Assembly (NCBI GenBank): GCA_964016885.1
Contig: OZ024752.1
Coordinates: 43,834,001 to 43,898,000 of the forward strand
Length of the DNA stretch: 64,000 bases
From: Eledone cirrhosa
Lineage: Eukaryota
Direction: 5' to 3'
Positions 39,307 to 50,976 of this stretch are shown one piece after another. A program made the position numbers and the translations under genes. Position 1 is the stretch's first letter. Every line of letters starts with the position of its first letter. The notes beneath the pieces were generated by a model that was not told the DNA's origin, did no database searches, and worked only from the letters and a program-made list of their open reading frames with translations.

Positions 39307-41015
39307 GAGAGAGAGACACATACATATATATAGAGAGAGACACACATATATATATATAGAGAGAGAGACATACATACATACATATATAGAGAGAGACCAA
39401 CCATATATATATATAGAGAGACACACACACATACATATATATATATAGAGAGAGAGAGACATACAGACATATATATATATATATAGAGAGAGAGACATAC
39501 AGACATATATATATATATAGAAAGAGACATACATACATGCATGCATATGCACACAAACTCACATATATAAACATTTTTCATGTTATGTATTTCAGTTAAC
39601 ATAACAAAATGCAGGAAAATCTGGCCAGAAGATATGGATGACTGGAAACCTCGGGAAATTGAAAGTTTCCTTCGTAAATTACAAAGGAAAAACCAAAGTG
39701 AAGATAAAGCCCCTATTTTATCTCCCTCTATAATGATACCTCTTCTTGTTGGTATCGTCCTATTCCTGCTCTTTATACTCTCTGTCACCCTTTTAATGTT
39801 AATTAAAAAAAAAAGGAAAAATCGGTTAGTCCCTTCTTTATTTGTATTTATATTTCTTGTTTTTTCATCATCAGCACTACCACCACCATATGGGGGTAGG
39901 GATAAGTGGAGGTGGGGTGGAACATCAGTAATTTTTGTAGGTTGTCTCTTGATTTTAAAAAAAACCCCAGAATTAGTCGTTTAGTTTACACAGTGAGACC
40001 CCAACCCATCCTAATTATTTTATAACATATGGGATTTCTATAAAAATCTTCTGTTTTTGTCATGTATAATGTTTTTTAATGTCTAAAGAAAATTGTCTCA
40101 GAAATGCTACCACTTAAAATAAAATTTCACCAGAGATATCATAATCATTATCACCGTTTAACGTCCACTTTTTCATGCTTGTATGGGTTAGACGGGTTGT
40201 CCTGTTGTGAGCAATGCCAGGTCGGGTGACCATGACTTAGTTTTTACAGCTGGATGCTCTTTATATTTAAGAAATTAACAGATTCTAGATTTGAGAGTAT
40301 ATATGGTATTTTATCTGTTACAGGTCGAAACCCAGTAATGATGGTGCAGCTGAAAGTCCTGACAAAGGTGTTATGATGGTTGAACCATCAGTTCAATATG
40401 AAGAAATTAAAGACCTGTGTCCAGTATGTCTTTATTTTCACTTTATTCAATGTTTCCTTTAACCCTTTAGTTATCAACCCAGCCATTACCAGCTCTGGTT
40501 CTATGAAATAAAATCACCCATTTTAAACGTTTACAATTTAAATTAAAATCTTCCAACATAATTTTATATAAGAACCTTACATTAAGTTACTATCTCAGTA
40601 ATGAAATAATTAATAATTTTAGTAAATCCCTCATAATTCTTCATTAGTTAATTGAAATAGAGTGTATGTCACTGAAAGGGTTAATTATAACACAATTTAA
40701 CAGATCAATAATTATTACTTCTTGGTATATCATCATTCTTTTCCCTTTTATTTACAGAGAAGAAAATGTTCCATTGATATGTTAAAGCGTCCTTTGCCTG
40801 ACTTTCCGACGGAACACGATTCTAAAGAAGTCCGCTACCAGAGGATTCTCTCCCTTTACAAACTCCCAGGAAAGAAAAATGATGTTAACATTGAAAGAGA
40901 TTCTGTAGCCAAGAATATAAACAGTGTTTACATTCCTGAAGAAGGGCAATATAATGTTTTACAAACTGAGAATGGCACTGAACCTAGAAATTCTCAAGAT
41001 TCAAGTAATGTTTAA
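31066..41015 (+). CDS. Uncharacterised single-pass membrane protein with Cys-rich peritrophin-A/CBM14-like ectodomain and Tyr-motif cytoplasmic tail (about 296 aa)
   Basis: Exons 36836-37075, 39596-39824, 40324-40423 and 40758-41015 join in frame with canonical sites (phases 1,1,2,0). Candidate 5' exons 31066-31090 and 34612-34650 are also phase-compatible. AATAAA at 41282. Confidence 0.75.
31150..31585 (-). mobile_element. Decayed RTE LINE 3' fragment
   Basis: REKLCIRGINCSVQERRLHWYGHV...RKPRKTW. Confidence 0.8.
31963..33660 (-). mobile_element. CR1/L2-group LINE, 5'-truncated RT region with nested insertion
   Basis: YLDFAKAFNSVPH, SGVPQGSILGPLLF, KYADDIKLY, VRPHLEFASPVWNPY; a second copy of its 3' end lies on + at about 36070-36150. 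Confidence 0.9.
32216..32536 (-). mobile_element. RTE-like fragment nested in the CR1/L2 element, 9-bp TSD
   Basis: AGCAACTCT at 32207-32215 and 32537-32545; the insert matches 20382-20703. Confidence 0.88.
34612..34650 (+). CDS. Candidate 39-nt exon of the membrane-protein gene
   Basis: TTATTTTACAG| ... |GTATGG, phase 1-1; encodes (D)TEMAKKLTLQLY. Confidence 0.55.
35321..35608. repeat. Imperfect fold-back element, arms about 138 bp
   Basis: Arms about 80% complementary with a loop of about 12 nt; similar ORFs on both strands result. Confidence 0.9.
36836..37075 (+). CDS. Cys-rich chitin-binding type-2-like exon
   Basis: TTTTCAG|...|GTGAGT, 240 nt, phase 1-1; FCRVHKC...FFDPCNCRHYFQCSSNGTENRKCNLTTAF...KC...SC...VC, with NxS/T sequons. 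Confidence 0.85.
37385..38348 (+). mobile_element. RTE LINE 3' fragment (same family as 18092-20352)
   Basis: DSFRYLGDKISSGGGCSES...MLHGSETW...GRPRKTW; ends in a (GAT)n tail. Confidence 0.93.
38620..39254 (-). mobile_element. Internally deleted RTE LINE fragment
   Basis: 3' UTR joined directly to RT/zinc-finger pieces (SDDLTLIAETMAELEK). Confidence 0.88.
39596..39824 (+). CDS. Transmembrane exon
   Basis: TTTCAG|...|GTTAGT; IMIPLLVGIVLFLLFILSVTLLMLI followed by KKKRKNR (positive-inside). Confidence 0.88.
40324..40423 (+). CDS. Cytoplasmic exon containing VQYEEI
   Basis: TTACAG|...|GTATGT; SKPSNDGAAESPDKGVMMVEPSVQYEEIKDLCP. Confidence 0.85.
40459..40684. mobile_element. TTAA-flanked piggyBac-type MITE in the last intron
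   Basis: TTAA-CCCTTTAG at one end and CTGAAAGGG-TTAA at the other. Confidence 0.6.
40758..41015 (+). CDS. Last coding exon (RPLPDFP, VRYQRI, YNVL, C-terminal SNV)
   Basis: TTTACAG| phase 0; open to TAA at 41013-41015. Confidence 0.85.
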   Translation, partial: RRKCSIDMLKRPLPDFPTEHDSKEVRYQRILSLYKLPGKKNDVNIERDSVAKNINSVYIPEEGQYNVLQTENGTEPRNSQDSSNV

Positions 41016-42046
41016 CATCAGATTGTGGCAATGAATGTCTTCAAGTTCAATTATCTCTCTTGCCTTTACTGAAGTGCCAAATAATATCTGTGAGGGTGTT
41101 TCATTATTCCAGTGCCTTAACCTCACAATAACCCACAACAATGCCTCCTCTTGGCTTACAGAAAATATTATAAGAAAATATTATACTCCAGGGCCCCTCT
41201 CTTCTAGTGTGGAATTCAGTGTGCTTTCTGTCTTTTTCTCTCATTAATTTCTTTCTGTCAATCTATTGATTATTAATTATCAATAAACAAACAAAAAAGC
41301 TGTGATTAACTAAAATGTCTATTTACAAGGCTAACCTTAAGTTTTTGCAACTAAACCTAAAGTAAATATAATTATATCTTTAACACAAAATATCATCCCC
41401 CCCCCCCCCCTCACCACTGCAAGAAAATAAATTACTTTGCTTCTCTGGCCCACTTAATTTCTAATCACAGCTAGAACACTCACTCATTCAGAGGATCCCG
41501 TTTGAGGGTGGAAGAAGAAATTGTTTGCTTAAACTTTTAATCTGTGCTAATAATAAATATTTATCCGAACTTTCCTGAAGAAGGACTTCTGTCTGAAATG
41601 TTGAAACTCCCTCCACTTCCACCAAGCATGAAACTAATATAAACGTGTAAAATTGCCTCCTGTGTTTTGTCTGTTTCATTTATTAACTATATATATATAT
41701 ATATGTGTGTGTGTGTATATATATATGTGTATATATATGTATATATATATGTGTGTATATATATATAATTAAAAGTTTAACAAGGTTCAATGAATTCATC
41801 ATTGAATAAAGTTTCACAATAGATTATAAGCACTCTACTGCAAGGTATATAAATATTGAGTTTTGTCATACCTAATCACTGCCACGACTAAATTATAACC
41901 ATCAATATAGTCAAGCATCAACTTATTTTATCTGATGAAGACGTACTGTTGAAATAGCTCAGTATCTCTGAAATATGTATAATAAAATATATTTGATCAC
42001 ATGAATGTCTATATTTATTAATATTTTGAAGTAATATATATATATA

Positions 42047-42776
42047 TCATCACCAGTTTCACGTTCTTCCGCGCTAGCATGAGTTAGATGGGTTGTCCGG
42101 TTGTGGGCAGTGTCAGGTCGGCTGACCATGCCTTGCTCATATGGGAACTGATTCTGGCTTGCTTTCTATAGCTGGATGCCCTTCCTAACACCAACCTCAT
42201 TTACAGTGAGTGCTGGGTGCTTTTTTTCCGTAGCACCTCCACGTCCACTTTGCAGTGGGAGGGTGTGGGTGCATATTGTCTATATGCTTCAGCTTGTACC
42301 CGTGGGGGGTCAGGTCTTCTGTATTACTGCGTGATGCCAGAGGTCACGGTCATGTGTCATCGCCTTTGAGAGGTGTAATTGGGTAAGGTCGGCTCCTATC
42401 ACCTCATCCCAGGTCTTCTTGGGTCTCCCCACCGACTTCTAGTGCTCTGCACCTTTTTATGCAGCTGTCATCCTTCATACGCATCACATGTCCATACCAA
42501 CGCAACCTCCTCTCCTGCACATAGCATGCTCTGTCTCTCTCTCAGTTCATTTATGCTTTGCCGTTCGCGTATATTACTATTACACATCCATCGGAGCATG
42601 CAGGCTTTGTTTCTTTCTAATCTACACAAGTCTTCCACAGACAGCGCCCAGGCCTCACTACCATGTAACATTGCTGTTCGTATACATGCATCATAGTCTG
42701 CCTTTTATTTTGAGGGAAAAGCCTTTTGCAGCTAACAGTGGCAGTAGCTCCCTGAACTTCTTCCATCCCGTTCTTG
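42047..42776 (-). mobile_element. RTE LINE 3' fragment (related subfamily)
   Basis: MLHGSEAWALSVEDLCRLERNKACMLRWMC. Confidence 0.85.
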
Positions 42777-42796
42777 TATATATATATATATATATA

Positions 42797-43078
42797 TCAA
42801 AAGGTTGTGAGTTCAATTTTCAGACCGGGTGATGTGTTGTTTCCTTGAGCAAGACACTTTATTTCACATTGCTCCAGTTTACTCAGCTGTAGAAATGAGG
42901 TGATAGGGACTGGGGTCCCTATCATTCCACTGCAAAAAAAGCACCCAGCACTCACTGTAAATGAGGTTGGTGTTAGGAAGGGCATCCAGCTGTAGAAATC
43001 AAGCCAGAATCAGTTCCCGTCCCACCCTGGCAAGCAGGGAAAAAGCAGACGTAAAATGAAATGATGATGATGATGAAT
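42797..43078 (+). mobile_element. SINE with RTE-type 3' tail
   Basis: B-box-like GAGTTCAATT, core CCTTGAGCAAGACACTTTATTTCAC, tail shared with the RTE 3' UTR, ending (GAT)n. Confidence 0.75.
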
Positions 43079-43853
43079 GATATATATATATATATATATA
43101 TATCAGAATAATTACAAAGTATGATTGTCTGAACTCCATGATTGTGTCAACCCAAGTTTTGGTTACATGTTCTACATATCAAATAATATTAGAACTTTAT
43201 TTAAATGTAAAGTTAAGTATATTTACAAAGTATGATGAGTTTTAAACCCAGGATTCTGGTCCTCACAGTTGAGATGACAAAAGACTGAGAAAATGTGCTG
43301 ATATTCTATATAATAGATTCAACACATTCAATCACTGATGAGGATGATACACAATATCACCCAATTTATATTAACAAAGCAAGCGTTTGTTTTGAAGACT
43401 GAGTGAAGTTTGAAATTTAGTAGAAATAGAAGCTTTTGCTGTATTTTGACTACAGAAATTAGCCTGACAGTGGGGTTTAAAACCCTCTAAATGGAAAATG
43501 ATGTGTGTTGACGTACATCTATGTCAATACTCATTCTTTTCCATTTCTTTAGTAAAAAGCTTCTATTTCTACTAAATTTCTATTTATATTAAATCTAAGG
43601 TTTTGACAATTGTAAATTAATGCTCAGTTAAGCTATCAGGTCTTGAAGAAATCACGATATAAATGAAATTATATAAATCTTACTAACAGCATCATTCCTT
43701 TGATGGGATACATACATAATATAATTTCACACAAGAATATAAACGATGATGACGATGATGAGATGATGTACATGTTCCAGAGAATGAAATAGAGAAATGC
43801 TATTAATTTCAGTTTAGAAGAAACATTTGACAGTAATTCAAAGGTAATCTCCG

Positions 43854-45629
43854 TTAGTCTTCTGTATGAATAGCTACATGTTTAGCTAGTTGGATTTTTT
43901 GAAAAAATGATTTACTGCAGATAGCACATTCATATGGTTTCTCTCCTGTATGAAGACGTTTGTGTCTAGTTAAACATTTCGCCTCAGAGAAAGATTTACC
44001 ACAGATCTCACAATTAAATGGCTTCTCTCCTGAATGAGTACGTTTGTGTCTAGTTAAATATTTTCCGACAGTGAATGATTTACCACAAATATCACAATGA
44101 TATGGCTTCTCTCCTGTATGATTGCGTGTGTGTTTGGTTAACATACCATTTTCAGAAAATGATTTACCACAGATATCACATTGATATGGCTTATCTTCTA
44201 TATGAACGTATTTGTGTCTGGTTAAGTAATTTCTTTCAGAGAAGGATTTTCCACAGATCTCACAATGATATGGCTTCTCTCCTGAATGAGTACGTTTGTG
44301 TCTAGTTAAATGTTTTCCATCAGTAAATGATTTACCACAGATATCACAATGATATGGCTTCTCTCCTGTATGAATACGTTCATGTTTAGTTAAATATTTT
44401 CCATCAGAGAATGCTTTACCACAGATATTACAAATATATGGTTTCTCTCCTGTATGATTCTGTTTATGTTTGGTTAAGATACCATTTTCAGGAAATGATT
44501 TACCACAGATATCACAATGATATGGCTTATCTTCTATATGAATGTATTTGTGCTTAGTTAAGTGTCTTCTTTCAGAGAATGATTTACCACAGATATCGCA
44601 ATGATATGGTTTCTCTCCTGTATGGATACGTTTGTGCCTAATTAAGTGACTACTTACAGAAAATGATTTATCACAGATATCACAGTGATATGGTTTCTCT
44701 CCTGTATGAAAACGTTTGTGTTTAGTTAACACACCATTTTCAGAGAATGATTTACCACATATATCACAGAGATATGGTTTCTCTCCTGTATGTATACGTT
44801 TGTGCCTAATTAAGTGACTACTTCCAGAGAAAGATTTACCACAGATATCACAACAATATGTCTTCTCTACTGTATGAATACGTTTGTGTATAGTTAAATG
44901 TTTTCTTTTAGAGAATGATTCACTACAGATAACACAGTGATATAATTTCTCTACTGTACAAATACATTTATGTTGAGTCAAGCCACTACTCTGAGAAAAA
45001 AATTTACCACAGATATCACAGTGAAATGGCTTCTCTCCTGTGTGAATGCGTTCATGTCTAGTTAAGACACTTCCTTCAGAGAAAGATTTACCACAGATAT
45101 CACAGTGATATGGTTTCTCTCCAGTATGAATACGTATATGTTTAGTTAAGTCACTACTTCCAGAGAATGATTTACCACAGATATCACAGTGATATGGTTT
45201 CTCACCTGTATGGATCCGTTTGTGTTTAGTTAAGGTACATACTCTGGAGAATGATTCACCACATATGTTGCAGTGGTATGGCTTCTCTCCTGTATGAATA
45301 CGTATATGTATGGTTAAATGATCATTTCGAGAGAACGATTTACCACAGAAACCACAGTAATACGGCTTCTCTCCTGTATGGAGAAAGGTGTGAGTAGTTA
45401 GACTACTTTTTTGAGTGAATGCTTTACCACAGATAACACAGTCGTACGGTTTATCTCCTGTATGAATACGTTCATGAATAATTAGGCTACTCTTATTAGG
45501 GAGTGATTTATCACAGATATCACATTGATATGAAGTCTTTCCAGTCTCTTCCACAATATCTACAGGAAAATCAATACTTTTCAACTCTATTTCATGTTGA
45601 ACCTCATTCTCGAATAATTCATTTTCCAT
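43854..45629 (-). CDS. C2H2 zinc-finger protein, 20 tandem fingers, single coding exon (591 aa)
   Basis: Twenty CxxC-x12-HxxxH units (finger 7 ends in C) with TGEKPY-type linkers after a 33-aa acidic N-terminus. Candidate acceptor TTTTTCAG at 45831; AATAAA on minus at 43196-43201. Confidence 0.96.
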   Translation of the reverse strand: MENELFENEVQHEIELKSIDFPVDIVEETGKTSYQCDICDKSLPNKSSLIIHERIHTGDKPYDCVICGKAFTQKSSLTTHTFLHTGEKPYYCGFCGKSFSRNDHLTIHIRIHTGEKPYHCNICGESFSRVCTLTKHKRIHTGEKPYHCDICGKSFSGSSDLTKHIRIHTGEKPYHCDICGKSFSEGSVLTRHERIHTGEKPFHCDICGKFFSQSSGLTQHKCICTVEKLYHCVICSESFSKRKHLTIHKRIHTVEKTYCCDICGKSFSGSSHLIRHKRIHTGEKPYLCDICGKSFSENGVLTKHKRFHTGEKPYHCDICDKSFSVSSHLIRHKRIHTGEKPYHCDICGKSFSERRHLTKHKYIHIEDKPYHCDICGKSFPENGILTKHKQNHTGEKPYICNICGKAFSDGKYLTKHERIHTGEKPYHCDICGKSFTDGKHLTRHKRTHSGEKPYHCEICGKSFSERNYLTRHKYVHIEDKPYQCDICGKSFSENGMLTKHTRNHTGEKPYHCDICGKSFTVGKYLTRHKRTHSGEKPFNCEICGKSFSEAKCLTRHKRLHTGEKPYECAICSKSFFQKIQLAKHVAIHTED

Positions 45630-46761
45630 TGTTTATTTTCTCTCACCAGTGAGGAGGTTACAATCTCAGTTCAGAGGAAATATTCACACTAATCCTATCA
45701 TATATAATATATATATACATATATATATATATATATGTGTGTGTATGTATCCCAGGTTCAATATCTGTTCTGTATGAAATCTTTGAGGTATCTCAGGTAA
45801 AAGATTGTTATGCCAATGTCACCTGATATTCTGAAAAAGTAAAGAAATCATATAAGATATACACAATACGTAATAAGTAGAGACTCAACAGAGGAAATTT
45901 TACTACATTTCAGCATTGATAAACTGTAAATATAAATATTTACTTGAATAATTCAACTTATCTCCTCAACCTCATCAATTCCACATTCCATGTTGGTATA
46001 GTCTTAGACTAGTCAGATGTCCTGCCACTTTACAGAAACTGTACCTTATGTATTTTATTGTCATCATATTAAAAATAGTCAGATTTTTTAATTTTCTTCA
46101 ATCACTTCATATATATTGCATTATACATAACAGAATCTTTTTATTTATTTTAAAATACAATTACCACTTCATTTTGTAAATTGTACATCAACTAATTTCC
46201 TACCGTCGTATGTTTTTATTACCTTTTTAGATTTTCCATCTGAAAACTTCACTTCAGTAAGTGTTTTATTATTCTTTTTGGCAATATTAAGACATGACCC
46301 CCCCACAAATATAACAATTTCAGTTCAGTTTTGATGGAACCCTTAAATAGGAACATACCTCTATCAGTCAGGCGCAAGAATTATTAATACCGAAAAGGAT
46401 GTAATATGAAACCAAAAACAATAAAAAAAGATTGAATATAATATTGAAAAAAGATACGATAAATGGTACACAAAAATAACATTAGTGTAATGAGTTAATG
46501 GTTATTGTGACAGTCACGTACGAATAACATGTCTCATGTAATTAAACCTATTTAATGTTGCTTTTAATGACAGGACTGGGACATTTATTATTAAAACAGG
46601 CGAGAAGCCAACAAAAGCTAATTAAATATGTTAGAGCTGTAAATAAAACTATCTTTAATTTGTTTTAAAAATATTATTAATGTAACTCCTTTATATGTAA
46701 TTATTGTATGAAGAGAAAATGATAAAGTATTAAAGTAATATTTATATTTATATATATATAT

Positions 46762-46854
46762 AAGGTGTTCCAAAAATGTATACACGCTTCAATAGTTTTA
46801 ATATTGGCTGTGCACGTAATCTAAGTGTGTATACATTTTTCGGGGGAGACCTTG
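46762..46854. mobile_element. Short Tc1/mariner-type MITE
   Basis: AAGGTGTTCCAAAAATGTATACAC ... GTGTATACATTTTTCGGGGGAGACCTTG imperfect TIRs in a TA context. Confidence 0.55.
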
Positions 46855-46969
46855 TAATTTTATATATATATATATACGGCGGAGTTTCGTTCACAAAATC
46901 TCAGCTTCACAATTTTATAAATTCTACAAGAATTAAAACAGCCAAAGACTTCTTTATTGATTTAAGAAT

Positions 46970-47000
46970 ATAAAATGGCGAAAATATGTATTTCCGGTCA
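46970..47000. promoter_or_regulatory. Candidate promoter upstream of the zinc-finger gene
   Basis: YY1-like AAAATGGCG (46972) and ETS-like TTCCGG (46992); second AAAATGGCG near 47251. Confidence 0.35.
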
Positions 47001-48569
47001 AATAATGAGGGGAGGGGCTGTGAAGATAATCCCGATTCTGTGTAATAATTAATGTATAATTAATATATATACACAGTAAATAGTATAGTATAAATATGTG
47101 TTATGGTGTAATAATATATCGTAGTATAGTAAATTAGTGGAGATGGAGTGCTGTATATATTCTATGGGGACTAACGACGGCAGCAGAAATAAATGTGGTG
47201 GCAATAATTTACTATAATGGCAGAACCAGATTCCATTGCCTGATAAACTGAAAATGGCGAGATGTTTATGTACAAGTAGGTTTATATTTGAACCCCATAG
47301 AGGTAGAAAGATAGGATGTTCTGAGTAGAGAAAGCACCTCCCTAAATATTGTTATAGGGAGAGAGATGGCGGACCCCAACAATGAGTTCCTCAATAGTCA
47401 CTCTTTTACTACATCTCCCTCACTATCCTCTGGGGTAACAGTTTTGTAACTCTGTCTGTCGGGAGTATGAAGTTTATATATTAGAAATAAACGTATTGAA
47501 CTGGTGTTAATATAAATGTCATCTTTCTGTTGGTGGGGAACAATGAAAACTAATGGAGGATCGAAAGGAAAACGAAATATTTTTACTGACGTGAAATTTC
47601 TTTTCCTTCAGTTTCATTCGTTTATCTTAGTAAACACATAAAAAACAAAGTAATGTAAGAGGCAAATATACAATATAGATACAGTATATATTATGAATAC
47701 TTACATATTAATATAGAGCGAAATATATTGAAGATGTCAGAATTGAAGATGATAACGACAGATTGAAGAGAATTACAAGATTTTTACCGTAAAACGTTGA
47801 GTTACTTTTTTTACGTCAACATAATGAAGACTGCTATAGTTATTTCTTTACAAAGATAATTAGCAATCATCTATAATTGATTAGACTGTAATATAAGCTG
47901 TTTATCAAAGAATATCAGGAAATAAAGAGACTTTGAGGGGGAAATAACTCTACGTCTAGTTTCAACAGAAATTGTAAAAGGAATAAATTTATTGTTGATT
48001 TATAATTATACATCGGTCAAAACAGTATCGGAAAGGACTATAAATGTTATAAATGAGAGGGAAATAGCAACATTAGTTTTCGAACTAACACAACAGATAC
48101 GTAAATGCTTTTGTGAGTTTTATATCGACTAATGATAATATTTGATTCGTTTGCAAGCAAACAGCTTCATTAGTCTATATTTTTTAGATGACCATCATCC
48201 TATTGTTCTAGCCACCGCTAGAACAAAAGGAAAGAGCAAACTATTAAATATAACATTTCCGTTGACCTTTGTGGTGTACGGCCAATTGTTGCACGAGGGT
48301 TGATAATTTCCCCCCGCACTCATCATATTTTTGTAAGATTCCTAGCAATAATTAATTTTATTTATTGTATCTGTTTACATTTGTTTATATTTTTAAACTG
48401 CAAGAAATATAAACAATTTGTAATGTATGTTCTACAAGATGTATATTTAATAATTCTGCATTATGGTGGCGAATTGTAAGTCATTAAGGAATCAGATTTA
48501 AAATGCTATTTACTCTGACTTACTGCACTTGGGATTCAACTTTGCTTTTCATTCTTTGGAGGTCTTCTT

Positions 48570-48930
48570 CATCCGCTTATTCCTGAAACACTCCTTCCAG
48601 TAGGTCCTGTCAGAAGCAACCGTCTCCAACTGATCTGACTAGATCCCCAAGCGAGACCAGCCAAGCTCATGGATGTTATCCAAACATCTTGCTCATCGTC
48701 TACTCCTAGGTCTCCTGTCAGTTGGTTTTGCCTGTAAAATCCGTCCAGCGATTCTTTCTTGAGACATTTTAACCACATGTCCATAGTAGGAGGTTGATAA
48801 ACAACATAGAGTTCCAATACTGTAGTTGCTTCTCTTTATCACTCTCTCAGGAAGAAACCGGTTGTGTTCCGATCTAGAGATGGACTCCACCAAGTTCAAA
48901 ATACCTACATGTCATGTCACGACAGTGCTC
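48570..48930 (-). mobile_element. Highly decayed RTE-like LINE fragment
   Basis: YYGHVVKM...RRPRSRR, similar to RTE C-terminal motifs. Confidence 0.55.
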
Positions 48931-48967
48931 CTACCACTCAACATCACTACAATTTATATTTATATAT

Positions 48968-49747
48968 ACTAACAGAAAAACAAACCCACGGGTGGTTTTC
49001 TTCTAGCATGTGTAGTGTGCATGTTGATATCATACGCAAATATATATGCACTTGGATGATACGTCAAATAAAATCGTAATTGAGAATATGCACAGAAATT
49101 GAAGAGAGACTGTGTTACACTCTGTTCTGCAATCAGTAAAGTAATCCGTGATACATTTAAAAAAGACGATATTACATATAAACTGCATTAGGAGAAAATA
49201 AGTGACGGAAATATAAACATTATATAACGATGCAAATATTTGAACGTTTATATAAGCGATGTGATAAGTGTTATAATATAACTATTTCTACTTTTGGCAC
49301 AAGGCCAGCAATAAACCAGTGTATTACTGGTACTTTATTTTATCGACTCAATAAGGATGAAAGGCAAAGTTAACCTCGGCGAGATTTGAACTCAGAATGG
49401 CAAGGGCCGTAACTCTATGCGTCAAAGCATGGCGTCCGACCCTCTACCGATGGACGCTAAGCGGAAGTGTTGACATTTGAACATTTAAAAGAAGTGAATC
49501 TTGAAATAAGCAATAAAATTATATTTAATCAAGAGTTACGAAATTTAGTAGATATATTATGTAATATCTGAGGTTAACTTTGCCTTTTATCCTTACGAGG
49601 TCGATAAAATAAAGTACCAGTAATTGCTGACCTTGTGCCAAAAGTAGAAACAATTACTTATTGAAAGTAATCCAACTTATTTTACAAACAGGATAAAAAA
49701 TATATTCAGGATGCAGTCCCATACTTCTCCCTTTATTATATTATGAT
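48968..49747 (-). mobile_element. Non-autonomous Helitron-like element, copy 1 (two SINE insertions)
   Basis: Homologous to 52762-53230. On minus it begins TCATAATATAATAAAG and ends in an AAAACCACC..GTGGGTTT hairpin plus TTAG-T. Confidence 0.55.
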
Positions 49748-50559
49748 ACATATGTAAGTATGCATACGTACACACACACACAGACATATATATATATGTG
49801 TAATTATAGATTATATTGAATATTAATATTCAATTCATTTGTAAACAGATGGTCCGATTAAAGCCGTGTCATGCCAGTGACAAATCATCATCCTTTTGTT
49901 CAGGAACAATCAATATGTTTCTGGGTCATTACCCTCCTTCAGAAACATGTTGATTGTTCCTCAATGCCAGTGTTGAACAAAAGGATCGATTATTATTAAC
50001 ATTCGATATAGCCCATATGTACATGTGTGTATACACACACACATATACATGTGCATGTGTGTACGCTTGCATACTTACATTTATGTATCAGCTCTGCAAG
50101 GGCGAGAAATAAAATCCTAATTTTATTTTTATATAACATTCCATCGTCATCACCGTATCATGTAATGTCCATTCTAGGTTTGATACTTTGTCAGTACTTG
50201 ATCTATGGATCTACTGACCTCTCAGATGGGCTGAGGGTCACATTTCATATGTTTCCATTTTCTCTGTCTCTAGAATGCAGTGTATGTTTTATCGTGGCAC
50301 CAGTACTCAAAAGTTAGTCATGCTTCTGACATAAAGAGTCCTCTCGACCCTTTGTAAGTTTCCTAAAGCTGGATGTCATTCATATCACCAACTACATTAC
50401 AGAGTGTACTGGTTGTGATTTATTGTGTTCCCTTGAAAACAACTTGTCAACCCTCTCACAAGTTTTCTGGGAAGGCAGTAACTGCACTGATTTGGTCTGC
50501 AACGATCTGTCCAACCCATGTCAGCATGGAAAGCAGATGTTAAATGATGATAAAATTAA

Positions 50560-50976
50560 TGGTAAAATATTTCATTCTATAAAATGACACGTCTTAAGCA
50601 CAGGGTGTCATGAACTGGTTAAGAAAACTAGTGATGTTCTGCGTTAACAAAAAGACATTTGTGCTCAGTGGAAACCATGTCTTCTGACACCTGATCGCAT
50701 AATGGGGAAAATCTGACACTGAGGCAGATCCAGCTGGTTTCCTTAGGTGTTGGGTTCGTCAGTTTGAACCAGAGACAATCCATGCAGTAAAAACACTCCT
50801 CCTTACTGGCTTTAAAGAAAGCTAAGGTCATTTCATCAGCAGGGAAGGTTATGGCCTCAGTTTTTTGGGATGCAAGTGTTTATTGACTATCTTCAAAGGG
50901 TGACAATTATGAAAGGCTATTAAGACCTAACAACCAGGAAAACTGATGAAAGGGGTCTTGTTTCCTCAGGATAATC
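50560..50976 (+). mobile_element. Mariner-family transposase remnant
   Basis: Decayed translation KKAKVISSAGKVMASVFWDA...IDYL...KGVLFPQDN is typical of the mariner catalytic region. Confidence 0.85.
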
